Shown: positions 44,078 through 53,811 of the stretch, piece after piece
Numbering within the stretch: the stretch's first letter is position 1
Layout of the letters: each line of letters starts with the position of its first letter
DNA from: a virus
Lineage: Duplodnaviria; Caudoviricetes
DNA: 59,161 nucleotides
IMG/VR virus record: IMGVR_UViG_3300033067_001135
Coordinates: 1 to 59,161 of that record
Strand: one strand, 5' to 3'
Translations under genes and position numbers: made by a program
Notes under the pieces: model-generated
Told to the model about the DNA's origin: nothing
Databases searched by the model: none
The model's input: only the letters and a program-made list of their open reading frames with translations

Positions 44078-45991
44078 ATGAAACTGAATCGCATCCGGGC
44101 CACTGGCCTACAGAACGGGGACTTTGATTATCAACTGTCTCCCTTCGCCGTGTTCATCGGCGACAACGAATCCGGAAAGACGCGCGTGCTGAATGCCGCG
44201 ACCGTCCTTCTCCTCGGCTACGTGCCGAAGCTCGGCAAGCAGCCGAAGGCGACCTTCAAGCTTTCGAATGGCGTCGAGATGACGATCGAGGGCTGGCTGG
44301 ACGACGGCCGCAAGATCTCGCGTCGGTTCTGGCTGGCCGGGAGCACGGTGAAGAGCGAATCCGACGTGCCCGAAGAGATCGCGAAATACGACGGCATGGC
44401 GACGATGCTCGACGCGAACGAATACTTCGCGCTGACCGACACGCCGCGGATGCAATACATCGCGTCGCATTGCGCGGTGAGCACGAAGCTCAACCGGCTG
44501 GGGATCATCGACCGTCTGAAGGCGAAGATCGAAGACGGGGCGGAAGAGATCGACAGTCTGAACGGCAGCGTGATCGGCCGGGAGGACCCGGTGTCCGCCT
44601 GGATCGAACTGTTCATTACCCGCGTGGCCGACGAGTGGAAGCTGACGAAGGCGTCGGCGCAGCGCGCGGAGAAGACGATCCAGCAGCTGACGGACATGCG
44701 GCTGAAGGACGAGCCGACGACGCCGTTGTCCGCCCTGGAGTCGAAGCGCGCCGGCCTGCTGGCCGAACTCGCGCAGTTGAACGAGAAGAAGGGCGGGGTC
44801 ATCGGCAAGTTCTCGCAGATGAAGAACGACGCGCAGCGCCGGGCGTCGATCAACCGCGAACTGGCGAGCGGCGAGAAGACGCGGGCGGCGCTGGTCGACG
44901 CGCGGCAGCAGCTGGCGACCTTGGCCGAACAGATTGCGGCCGAAGAGCCGGTCACGGACGACATGATCCGGGCCGCGTCGGACAAGCTCGAAGAACTGTC
45001 GCATCAGCGGATTGAGGCGACCAGGCTGAAGGACGAGGCGAAGAAGCGCCGGGACCTGCTCGAAAAGCAGTTGTCCGAACTGGATGGCCGCGACGAATGC
45101 CCCTATTGCGGGGCGAAGGGCGATGGCTGGAAGGCGTTCAAGGCTGCCGAACTGGCGACGGAGATCGACACAGCGAAGGCCGAAGAAGAGAAGCAGGCGG
45201 CGCTCGTGCCCGAACTCCTGAAGCAGGTGAACGCCGCGCGCGACGCGCAACTCGTGAAGTTGCAGCAGCAGCGTAATCAGGGCGACATGCGGGTGCAGAA
45301 GTCGCAGATGGAGACGAAGGTCGCGCAACTCGAAGGGCAGGTCCGTCAACTCGACGCGCTGCTCGCCGAACAGGGCCGGCTGATGGCCGACGATCCGCAG
45401 GTGACGACGCAGGTCGAACTGATCCAGACGGAGATCAACGTGAAGAACGGGGACATCCGGGAAGTCGACCAGGAGATCACGCGGGTCAACGGCCGGGCGT
45501 TCGAACTGAAGCGGCTGGCCGATGCCGAAAAGGAACGGGACGACGCCAAGGTGAAGGCGAAGATCCAGGAACAGGTCGGCAAGGAACTGCGCGTCATTCA
45601 GTCGGAGATGGTGGCCGACGCGTTCAAGCCGCTGCTCGAAACCGCGAACCGGATCTTCGGGCCGTTGTTCCGGACGCCGCTGGCCTATCACGACGGCACA
45701 ATCGGCACTTGGCGCGACGGCGTGTGGGTGTCGCATGTGACCTTCAGCGGGTCGCAGCAACTGATGACCTACTGCGCGATCCAGGCGGCGCTGTCGGCAT
45801 CCTCGCCGATCAAGCTCTTCCTGACGGACGAGTTGAAGGACATCCACAGCAGCCGGCTGTCCCTGTTCATCGACTGCGTGAAGAAGGCGATCGAGCGCGG
45901 GGAAATCGATTCGGTTCTGGCGGCGGAACCGGAGCGCGGAGAAATCTATCGCGCGCACGCCGATTCGGTCTTGCAGGTCGTCGAAGTCTAA
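44078..45991 (+). CDS. SMC/Rad50(SbcC)-like ATPase
   Basis: GDNESGKT, long coiled coil with central CPYCG zinc hook, FSGSQ signature, FLTDE Walker B. Confidence 0.88.
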   Translation: MKLNRIRATGLQNGDFDYQLSPFAVFIGDNESGKTRVLNAATVLLLGYVPKLGKQPKATFKLSNGVEMTIEGWLDDGRKISRRFWLAGSTVKSESDVPEEIAKYDGMATMLDANEYFALTDTPRMQYIASHCAVSTKLNRLGIIDRLKAKIEDGAEEIDSLNGSVIGREDPVSAWIELFITRVADEWKLTKASAQRAEKTIQQLTDMRLKDEPTTPLSALESKRAGLLAELAQLNEKKGGVIGKFSQMKNDAQRRASINRELASGEKTRAALVDARQQLATLAEQIAAEEPVTDDMIRAASDKLEELSHQRIEATRLKDEAKKRRDLLEKQLSELDGRDECPYCGAKGDGWKAFKAAELATEIDTAKAEEEKQAALVPELLKQVNAARDAQLVKLQQQRNQGDMRVQKSQMETKVAQLEGQVRQLDALLAEQGRLMADDPQVTTQVELIQTEINVKNGDIREVDQEITRVNGRAFELKRLADAEKERDDAKVKAKIQEQVGKELRVIQSEMVADAFKPLLETANRIFGPLFRTPLAYHDGTIGTWRDGVWVSHVTFSGSQQLMTYCAIQAALSASSPIKLFLTDELKDIHSSRLSLFIDCVKKAIERGEIDSVLAAEPERGEIYRAHADSVLQVVEV

Positions 45992-46050
45992 TCGTAGCGT
46001 CCGGATGCGGGTCGATTACGTCGGCCCGCATCCTCCTCCTTACTCTTACC

Positions 46051-47802
46051 ATGAATCCGACAACATCGCAGCGTCAGGCGATTGATTCCGACGCAAAGAA
46101 CATCCTCGTCGTGGCCGGGCCTGGCAGCGGCAAAACGGCGACGACCGTCGCGCGAATCCAGCGACTGATAGAAATGCAGGTCAATCCGCGCGCGATTGTC
46201 GCGCTGACGTTCACGAATGCCGCGGCCGACGAACTTCGCAAGCGGCTGAGTTATATCCCGCGGGGAAGCACGACGGTAGTGGATCCGCCGCTCGGTTATT
46301 GCGGCACGCTGCACGGGTTTGCGCTGAAGATGCTGAAGCAGCATGGCACGGGCATCGGCTTCGGCAACCGGACGGCGCTGATCGGCGAGGAAGCCGTCGC
46401 CGACTTGATTGAGGCGAAGGCCAAGCAACTCGGCTGCAAGAAGCCGCTGAAGCGCCTGCTGGAATTGAAGGCGGAAATGTATCCGTCCGGGTTCGAGGGC
46501 GGTCGTCTGTCGGACGAGGCGCGGGTGATCGCGTCCTATTACGCTGACTTGCGGGAGGGCGGGATGGTCGATTTCGACACGATCCTGTCCGAGTTCCTTC
46601 GCATGGTGAAGGAATACGGGTCGCTGCGGCAGCCGTTCGTCTGGCCGTTCACGCATTTGTTCGTCGATGAAGTCCAGGATTCGGCCGCAATCGACTGGGA
46701 CATCTATTGGTCGTTGCCGATGATGCAGCGGTTCTTCGTCGGTGATCAGGATCAGTCGATCTATGCCTTCCGGGGTGGCCGGCCGGACCTGATGAAGCTC
46801 CGGGATGACGGCGAGATCATCATGCTCGAAGAGAATTTCCGGTCGCGGGTTGAAATCTGCACGGCCGCGCAACGGCTGATTGATCACACGTCGGGCGCGC
46901 GGTATCCGAAGGCGACGATCAGCATGCGGGGCACGGGTGGCCTGGTCCTGCGTGTCCCGGCCGAAGGGAATTCCGGGGCGGAAGCTGCGGAGATCTCGCG
47001 CATCGTGCGCGCGGAGTCGGCCATCGGTGCGTCGTGGAACGAGATCGCGGTGCTGGCGCGGACGAACCTGATCTGCGCGGAGATTCGCGACCAGTTGAAG
47101 GCCGAAGGCGTCCCGGTGGCGGAAGGCGCGAAGTCCGGGCTGCCGAAGGATTGGGCGCTGGCGAAGGCGCTGGTCGAGTGGGCAGCAAATCCGCTGAACG
47201 ACACGCTGGGGTATTTCTTTCTGCTGGCGCAGCGTCGCCAGATGGGCAACCCGGAGAAGATTGCGCGGCAAATCGTGAACGAAATCCAGCGCAGTGCCCG
47301 GTCTAAGATGCAGACCCTGCATCGGGCGACTGGCGCGCTGCTGATGGATCGCTATTACGTCGGCGATGTCGGAATCCTCCTGTCCGATCATCAGATTTCA
47401 ACTGAAACCCGGATGCGGGTTGTCGGCCTGATGCGGCTGTTGCCGGTCGACGCCGACCTGCTTCAGTTGGCGCTGGCCATGACGCAGGATCATGGGACAT
47501 CGGTGCCGGCGGAAACCGGGGTCACGGTCACGACGATGCACGGCGCGAAGGGTCGCGAGTGGGATGTCGTGATCCTGGCCGGGTTCGAAGAAGAGGAAAT
47601 GGTCAGCCGGTCGAACGTCGACCCGTCGTCGGAAGTGGTCGACGAGGCGCGGCGACTGGCCTACGTCGCTGTGACCAGGGCGCGCCATCGGCTCTTTATC
47701 ACTCATTCTCGAATGCGGAAGACCAGTTGGGGCGCGATTGAACTGCATCGGCCGTGTCGGTTTTTGGAGGAGATGGAAGGCCTGGGATGGGGCGGATATT
47801 GA
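46051..47802 (+). CDS. UvrD/Rep/PcrA SF1 helicase
   Basis: AGPGSGKT, LTFTNAAA, VDEVQD, GDQDQSIYAFRG, LEENFRS, VLARTN, TMHGAKGREW, AYVAVTRAR. Confidence 0.93.
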   Translation: MNPTTSQRQAIDSDAKNILVVAGPGSGKTATTVARIQRLIEMQVNPRAIVALTFTNAAADELRKRLSYIPRGSTTVVDPPLGYCGTLHGFALKMLKQHGTGIGFGNRTALIGEEAVADLIEAKAKQLGCKKPLKRLLELKAEMYPSGFEGGRLSDEARVIASYYADLREGGMVDFDTILSEFLRMVKEYGSLRQPFVWPFTHLFVDEVQDSAAIDWDIYWSLPMMQRFFVGDQDQSIYAFRGGRPDLMKLRDDGEIIMLEENFRSRVEICTAAQRLIDHTSGARYPKATISMRGTGGLVLRVPAEGNSGAEAAEISRIVRAESAIGASWNEIAVLARTNLICAEIRDQLKAEGVPVAEGAKSGLPKDWALAKALVEWAANPLNDTLGYFFLLAQRRQMGNPEKIARQIVNEIQRSARSKMQTLHRATGALLMDRYYVGDVGILLSDHQISTETRMRVVGLMRLLPVDADLLQLALAMTQDHGTSVPAETGVTVTTMHGAKGREWDVVILAGFEEEEMVSRSNVDPSSEVVDEARRLAYVAVTRARHRLFITHSRMRKTSWGAIELHRPCRFLEEMEGLGWGGY

Positions 47803-49012
47803 GCTGCTGCAAAAGGCTCGAATGAAGTATTCACTCGAACAGGGGAAAAAAGCGGGGAAATCCGGCAGTCATGTCAGTGCGGCCGCGCTTGCTGGCAAGT
47901 ATGACACTCGCGCAGTTGCTAGTGTCGCGTTTCAGGAATTCAGTGAAGCCTGGGCGCGGGAGGCGTTACGCGTGCTTAAACCAGGCGGTCATCTTGTCAG
48001 TTTTGCGTCGACGCGGACTTATCATCGCATGGTCGTCGGCATCGAAGACGCCGGTTTTGAGATTCGCGATCAGCTGGCTTGGACGTTTGGCAGTGGATTT
48101 CCGAAGTCGCTGAATCTCGAGGGTGACCGTGAAGGCTGGGGCACGGCGCTGAAACCGGCCTGGGAGCCGATCGTGCTGGCGCGTAAGCCGCTGGATGGGA
48201 CGGTGGCCGAGAACGTCGCGAAGTGGGGCACGGGCGCGCTGAACATCGATGGCTGTCGTATTGAAGGCGAGAAGGGCAGCGGTAACTGGAAGGGTGTTGG
48301 CGGAACGGCCGGCAAACTTTACGAGGGAGGTTTTTCTAAAAAGTCGGCGAGCTCGCAGAACGCAAAGGGTCGTTGGCCGGCGAATCTCTGCCATGACGGC
48401 AGTGAAGAAGTAATATGCGGTTTTCCGGAGAGTGATGGGCAGCAGGGCGATCTGGTTGGACACTCCAAAGACCGGAAGACGAAGACGTGTTACGGAGACA
48501 TGGGCGCCGCGCGCGATGCGATCGCGCGCAATGATTCGGGTAGTGCGGCGCGGTTTTTCTATTGTGCGAAGGCGAGTGCGGTAGATCGGGAGGAAGGGCT
48601 AGAGGCGTTCGACGTTCAAGTCGTTGCTCGCTCGAATGGCGCGCAAGGCGAGCAGGGTCGGGAGGAAGAAGAGTATGGCGAAAAAACGGACATCGGTCTG
48701 AATAAGATCAATCGGCGTCGGAATATTCATCCGACGGTCAAGCCGACGAAGCTGATGCGGTGGCTCGTTCGTCTTGTCACGCCGCCAGGCGGTCGCGTTC
48801 TTGATCCGTTTAACGGGTCGGGATCGACGGGAAAGGCGTGTATGCTTGAGGGGTTTCATTACATGGGAATCGACGTGGATACGGAGGGGGAATATCTGCC
48901 AATAGCCAAGGCGAGGATTGTTTACGCGTTGGCGCATCGTGATAGATGGGAGCAGATTCACGGGGCATCTACGTCGGTCGCTGATGTTCCTGGTCAAACT
49001 TCATTTCTATGA
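47777..49012 (+). pseudogene. Beta-class N6-adenine/N4-cytosine methyltransferase lacking its N-terminal DPPY motif
   Basis: Starts abruptly at KAWDG. Has RVLKPGGHL, GFEIRDQ, GSGFPKS, ALKPAWEPI, GRWPAN, HPTVKP, VLDPFNGSGSTG, but no DPPY in frame upstream. Confidence 0.7.
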
Positions 49013-49605
49013 CGCACGGTGTTCAAATCCTTCAGGCGCTTCGGGCAGAGATGGCGTTTCTCGGGCGCAAGCCGTCGGACATCGAGTCGGCCGCGGTGAT
49101 TGACGAATATCTGGCAAGAAACGGCGTGAAGATGAAGCGGATCCGGAAGAACGCGCCGAAGCCGCGGGCGCGTTGCGCGATTTTCGACCTGCTGGCGGCG
49201 CTGGAAGGCGTGACGGACACGAAGCAGCTGACCAGGCACGGCGGTTCGAAGATTGCCGGGGCGAAGAAGCAGATCCTGGACGTGATGCAGGCGGTCAACC
49301 CGGAGGTCACGACGGACCAGGTGATCGCGGAAATCCGCCTGCGGTGGGACCGCTGGTGTCGGAAGCATCCGGACAAGAAGGTGCAGACGGTCATGGCGCT
49401 GGTTTCTCACTGGGCGGAACTCGGCGGCGGTCCGAAGACGAAGGCCGCGGCGATGGACATTTATCAGATCCCGGATGGGGACTGGCTCGCCGACCTGTGC
49501 GTCGTGATGAAATGCACGCGGGAAGCCGCGCAGGGACGCGAATGGCTGGATTTTTCACCTGACACGCGGAAGAGCATCCTGGAGTATCGGGCAAAGAAAT
49601 CATGA
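49009..49605 (+). CDS. Hypothetical protein (possibly replication-related)
   Basis: ATGA-coupled 198-aa ORF. Confidence 0.6.
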   Translation: MTHGVQILQALRAEMAFLGRKPSDIESAAVIDEYLARNGVKMKRIRKNAPKPRARCAIFDLLAALEGVTDTKQLTRHGGSKIAGAKKQILDVMQAVNPEVTTDQVIAEIRLRWDRWCRKHPDKKVQTVMALVSHWAELGGGPKTKAAAMDIYQIPDGDWLADLCVVMKCTREAAQGREWLDFSPDTRKSILEYRAKKS

Positions 49606-50576
49606 CCATGCACATCATTTCCCTCGGGGCTGGCGTTCAAAGTTCGACGGTCGCGCTGATGGCGGCGGCCGGGCAGATCATGCCGATGCCGACGGCCTCG
49701 ATCTTTTCCGACACGCAGGCCGAACCGAAGTCGGTCTACACATGGCTGGACTGGCTCGTCCAGCAGCTACCGTTTCAGACGTTTCGTGTGACTTCCGGCA
49801 GCCTGACGAAGGCCAGCCTGGAAGTGAAAAAGAACCGGAAGACCGGGAAGCCGTATTATTCGAACCTGATCCCGGCTTTCATCGAAAATCCGGACGGCAC
49901 GAAGGGCATCGTCGGGCGGCACTGCACGAAGAATCACAAACTGGATCCGCTGATGAAGCAGGTCCGTCTGCTGATCGGAAAGCCTGCGTTTCTCGCCTGG
50001 CGGCGGAAATACAAGGCGGAATTGGCGGTGTGGCGGGCGTTCAAGAAGGAAGACGCGCGGGTAAAGAAGCTGAACAAAAAAGCTGGGTGGGATAAATTCC
50101 CGCGGCCTCCTTTCCCGTCCGCTGAATGGAAGAAGATGCAGGCCGATCCGCTGGTCGTGCAGTGGATCGGGATCTCTCTGGACGAAGTGAGCCGGATGAA
50201 GCCGTCGCGCGAACCTTGGTGCGTCCATCGGTTTCCGCTGATCGAGATGGAAATGACCAGGCACGACTGCATTCTCTGGATGCAGCGCGCGAAGTTCCCC
50301 GAACCCCCGCGGTCGGCCTGCACCTATTGCCCGTTTCATTCCGATCACGAGTGGCGGCGGCTGAAGGAGGAAGAGCCGGCGGCGTTTGCTGAAGCGGTCA
50401 AGTTCGAACGTGACCTGCAAAACCTGCACGCCGGCTTTCCGATGAACGGCCGGATCAAGGGCATCCCGTTCCTTCACGACTCGCTGAAGCCGCTCGACAA
50501 GGTGGATTTCAGCCTGGACGAGCGGCAGGGGTCGCTGAAGTTCGTCAACGAGTGCGAAGGCATGTGCGGCGTATGA
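49602..50576 (+). CDS. PAPS-reductase-like (PP-loop) protein
   Basis: IISLGAGVQSS, FSDTQAEP, RHCT..HKL.P, WIGISLDE..RMK, RSACTYCPF, terminal ECEGMCGV. Confidence 0.8.
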   Translation: MTMHIISLGAGVQSSTVALMAAAGQIMPMPTASIFSDTQAEPKSVYTWLDWLVQQLPFQTFRVTSGSLTKASLEVKKNRKTGKPYYSNLIPAFIENPDGTKGIVGRHCTKNHKLDPLMKQVRLLIGKPAFLAWRRKYKAELAVWRAFKKEDARVKKLNKKAGWDKFPRPPFPSAEWKKMQADPLVVQWIGISLDEVSRMKPSREPWCVHRFPLIEMEMTRHDCILWMQRAKFPEPPRSACTYCPFHSDHEWRRLKEEEPAAFAEAVKFERDLQNLHAGFPMNGRIKGIPFLHDSLKPLDKVDFSLDERQGSLKFVNECEGMCGV

Positions 50577-51010
50577 AAAACAGCGGCATATCCAGAGGGG
50601 CGATAAATCCGAGGTATCACGCGCAGATCGCGGCGGCGCTGGGCGAAAAGCCGGCGGGCGCGAAGCCGATGATCCGCCAGGATCGCGCCGGGCTGAACAA
50701 GACGGAAGCGGCATTCCTGGAGTATTTGAAGGAGCGGTTTCCTCATGTCGATGTGCTGTCGCAAGGGATCACGCTGAAGCTCGGGAATGGCACACGCTAC
50801 ACTCCGGATTTCTTCGTCTCGACGGATGCGACGAACGAGCACGCTCTGCCGGTTTGCCAGTGCCAGGCTTGGGAGGTCAAAGGCTTCATGCGCGACGACG
50901 CGAACGTGAAGTTGAAGGTTGCCGCGGCGAAGTTCAGCTGGATCACGTTCTATCTGGTCCGCCGGCAGGGGAAGACCGGCGGCTGGAACATTCAGCGCAT
51001 CCTGCCATGA
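50573..51010 (+). CDS. DUF1064-like PD-(D/E)XK nuclease
   Basis: LNKTEAAF, RYTPDFFV, WEVKGF, VKLKVAA. Confidence 0.8.
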   Translation: MKNSGISRGAINPRYHAQIAAALGEKPAGAKPMIRQDRAGLNKTEAAFLEYLKERFPHVDVLSQGITLKLGNGTRYTPDFFVSTDATNEHALPVCQCQAWEVKGFMRDDANVKLKVAAAKFSWITFYLVRRQGKTGGWNIQRILP

Positions 51011-51501
51011 GCCATTTCACGATCTTCTGCTGTCCGATCTGCTCCGTGCTGAAGCCGCGGGCCTCGATCATGGACGATCATCCGGGCTTTGCCTCGGGGC
51101 CTTGGCGTCGGGTCGGGCCGCGGTCGAAGAAGGTCTTCTTTTCCCGGTCGGCCGGCTGCTCGCATGGCCCGGCAGTTCCCGAACTGGCCGAAGACGATCA
51201 GGCTTTCCACACCTGGAACGAGTGGGCCCGGGCGGAAGCCGAAGTCCGGGCGAAGAAGCTCGAGCTGACGCCGCGGCGGCGAGTGCTGTTTTTTTACCTG
51301 CTGGGCATGGTCGAGATGAACGACGTGCTGGCCGTGCCTGACGATCCGCCGGTCCCGGTTCCGCCAGCTGGCGCGCCGGATCCGTTCAAGCCGATGGTCG
51401 ACCTGGAAGACCGGAAGCGTCTTCTGCCTGTGGGCAACGCAGTGCCGGCGGTCGACGCGATGCAGGGCGTCGCTCGGCAGATCAAAGACCCTCTTTCTTA
51501 A
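51007..51501 (+). CDS. Hypothetical protein
   Basis: ATGA-coupled ORF with CPIC. Confidence 0.55.
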   Translation: MSHFTIFCCPICSVLKPRASIMDDHPGFASGPWRRVGPRSKKVFFSRSAGCSHGPAVPELAEDDQAFHTWNEWARAEAEVRAKKLELTPRRRVLFFYLLGMVEMNDVLAVPDDPPVPVPPAGAPDPFKPMVDLEDRKRLLPVGNAVPAVDAMQGVARQIKDPLS

Positions 51502-51508
51502 CCCTACC

Positions 51509-52171
51509 ATGAGCACACAGAAAAAACCGAAGCGTCCGTTCAAAGAAATCGACCGCCTGGTCAACGAGAACATCCGGCTGGCCTACTTCTTCGCGCGAAA
51601 ATGGGCCTGGCGCATGGGCGAGAACGAGGCGCTGAGTCTCGCGCTCGACGGGCTGCTGATCGCCGCGCAGACCTGGGAGTCCGAGGGCGGGCCGTTCGGG
51701 ACGTGGGCCGGCAACCGGATCAAGTGGCGGTTTTCCCTGGAGTTGCAGCGGCAGAAGGCGGTGAAGCGTGGCGGACCAGGCGCGTCCGATCTGCGGAAGC
51801 CGGCCGTGCATGTCTTTCTCGACTCGCCGGTCAACTTTGAGAGCGACATGACCTTGGGCGATGTCATCCCGGACGACCGGGCTCGCGCGCCAGGCGAGGA
51901 AATCCGGGAATCGGAGCGGATCGGCGGGAACGACGCCGAAGTCCGCCGGCTGCTCGGGCTGCTGAACAAGCGCGACGCGGAGATCATGCGGCTGCGCTAC
52001 GGCCTGCACGGGCGGAAGCCGCACATCCTGGAGGAAATCGCGAAGAAATACGGGCTGACGCGCGAACGCGTGCGGCAGATCGAGTCCGGCGCGCTCCGGA
52101 AGTTCTGGCGGGACAAGCGCCGGAAGAAGCTCGTGCCGGTGTCGGTGGCTGATTTTCAGGCCGTGGCATGA
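51509..52171 (+). CDS. sigma70-family sigma factor (regions 2 and 4)
   Basis: LVNENIRLA...GLLIAA...FGTWAGNRI, LDSPV, LNKRDAEIMRLRYGL...LEEIAKKYGLTRERVRQIE. Confidence 0.88.
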   Translation: MSTQKKPKRPFKEIDRLVNENIRLAYFFARKWAWRMGENEALSLALDGLLIAAQTWESEGGPFGTWAGNRIKWRFSLELQRQKAVKRGGPGASDLRKPAVHVFLDSPVNFESDMTLGDVIPDDRARAPGEEIRESERIGGNDAEVRRLLGLLNKRDAEIMRLRYGLHGRKPHILEEIAKKYGLTRERVRQIESGALRKFWRDKRRKKLVPVSVADFQAVA

Positions 52172-52428
52172 CTCCGCAGGAAGCAGGCGACATGCTGGAC
52201 TGGATCGCGCGGCGGCCGGCGCGCGTCCATCGGTATCGCCTGGAAGGTGGCACGCGGCGGCGGTTCGACTGCATCCGCTGCAAATGCGCGACAGAGGCGG
52301 AAAGCCCGGAGCAGGCGGGCGCGAATCTGACGGAGTTCGGCGAGATCAACATTCACGCGGCGCTTTGCTACGGCGAGCACTGCCTGGTCGAGACGGGCAT
52401 CCTGATGCCGCCGTCCGACTTCTCCTGA
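52168..52428 (+). CDS. Hypothetical protein
   Basis: ATGA-coupled ORF. Confidence 0.55.
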   Translation: MTPQEAGDMLDWIARRPARVHRYRLEGGTRRRFDCIRCKCATEAESPEQAGANLTEFGEINIHAALCYGEHCLVETGILMPPSDFS

Positions 52429-52950
52429 TCGGACCTGGGTGAGTTTAGCATTTGCGGTTCGGGTCTCAGTGCGTCCCGACACGTCCCCCGGTGTGGGAGA
52501 CGTGTAGTTGGGAGAGAATCGCACTCACGGACTGGGAAGTTGCGTTGCCCTTCAGTCTTCCCCGCTCGGCTGGCCCACAGGCACACGGTTGAAATGGAAG
52601 ACTGCACGATACGGCCGAAGCCGCGCAGATTTATCCCCGGTTGGAGTTGAGGCGTCGACACGCTCCGGGGGACCGATCAAACAAATTCGTTGCGCTCTGT
52701 TCCCTGCACGGGCGGCGTCGAAGGTTCCGTTTGTTATCCGAGTCTACGGGGGCTCGGTCCTGCCAAGGACATCCGCAATCAGGTGAACACCTACCTTTAG
52801 GGCAAGGAAAACCTGATGTTCCCCTCGGGGAAAAAGAAAACCCGCCGATCCTTGGCAGGAAAAATTCGGCGGGTTTTCGAAAGTGGCCTTATGCACAGGG
52901 GGCACACTCTCCTCGACGGAAAAACTTGCTTAATGGGGTGACTCCCGCAA
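52429..52950. other. Long, highly structured non-coding region (candidate ncRNA/origin)
   Basis: Largest intergenic gap. Multiple hairpins, a 13-bp stem 52836-52878 whose loop is complementary to 52758-52769, and a minus-strand TTGCGG-N17-AAGTTT promoter-like site at 52950. Confidence 0.55.
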
Positions 52951-52983
52951 GAAGAAATAATCACCTTAATCTGATCCTTACGA

Positions 52984-53202
52984 ATGAAGACGATGACTGC
53001 ACGTTTGCGCTGGCGCATGTATTGGCGCGCGCTACGGATTGCCCAAAAGGCTGCCTGGCAGGTCGCGCACGACGCGGCGCTCTACGGCGTTGGCGCGGTG
53101 CAGTTCTGTCCGGATGGCACGGTTCGGCGCATTGATCCGACGAAGATCCTGGTGAACGACAGCCTTTCGCCGGACGGCCGGCACGAACCCAAACCACAAT
53201 AA
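52984..53202 (+). CDS. Hypothetical protein
   Basis: 72-aa ORF at the start of a coupled gene run. Confidence 0.5.
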   Translation: MKTMTARLRWRMYWRALRIAQKAAWQVAHDAALYGVGAVQFCPDGTVRRIDPTKILVNDSLSPDGRHEPKPQ

Positions 53203-53206
53203 AAAT

Positions 53207-53767
53207 ATGGCCGCTAAAGCCCAACCGAAGATCGTCGTCGCGGGGAAATCCTACGACTTCGACAAACTCGAAGATGTCGCCCAATTACAGGCGATTCTTC
53301 TGCCCGATAACTGGCCGATCGCCAAGCGCGACGGTGTTCGCCTGTTCCTGAACCTGAAGGAAATGGCGACGCAGGAATTCCAGCGCCACTTCGCGCACAA
53401 CTTCAGCAAGGTCGTGAAGACCGCCCTGGAGCAGTCGAAGGAAGGCGAGGATGCGGTCGTCAACCTCGGGTTCTCGTTCGAGGTCAACCTGTCGGCGCTG
53501 ACGGTCGCGGCGCTGGGCAAGACGAAGATGTCCTTCGCCCACAAGTATTCGACGGAGGGCAAGCCGAAGTCGCACGACATCAATCAGGGCGACTTCTACG
53601 CCGACATGGGCGCGGCGCTCGACACGGCCGCGCTCGACGCGGAGATGCAGCCGGAGGAAAAGCCCGAAGAAGAAAAGTCGGACAAGAAGGACGAGAAGTC
53701 CGAAGAGCCGACGGCCGGTGAAGAGCAGGGCCACAAGAAGCCGAAGAAGCGTCCGGGTAAGAAGTAA
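53207..53767 (+). CDS. Hypothetical protein with charged tail
   Basis: Strongly biased codons, A-rich leader. Confidence 0.7.
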   Translation: MAAKAQPKIVVAGKSYDFDKLEDVAQLQAILLPDNWPIAKRDGVRLFLNLKEMATQEFQRHFAHNFSKVVKTALEQSKEGEDAVVNLGFSFEVNLSALTVAALGKTKMSFAHKYSTEGKPKSHDINQGDFYADMGAALDTAALDAEMQPEEKPEEEKSDKKDEKSEEPTAGEEQGHKKPKKRPGKK

Positions 53768-53811
53768 GTTCAATCCCCGCGGGCCGGCGGGTTATCCGGT
53801 CCATCTATTTC

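Noticed and set aside
45709-46050. Extended N-terminus for the UvrD ORF (likewise the track starts at 727, 7259, 9809, 15633, 23195)
   Set aside because: The extensions overlap upstream genes or regulatory DNA. Downstream ATGs match domain starts and translational coupling.
52429-52983. tRNA/tmRNA, or protein-coding ORFs 52508..52786 and 52641..53135
   Set aside because: No cloverleaf with a T-loop and CCA was found by eye. The ORFs have atypical codons, weak starts and no motifs.
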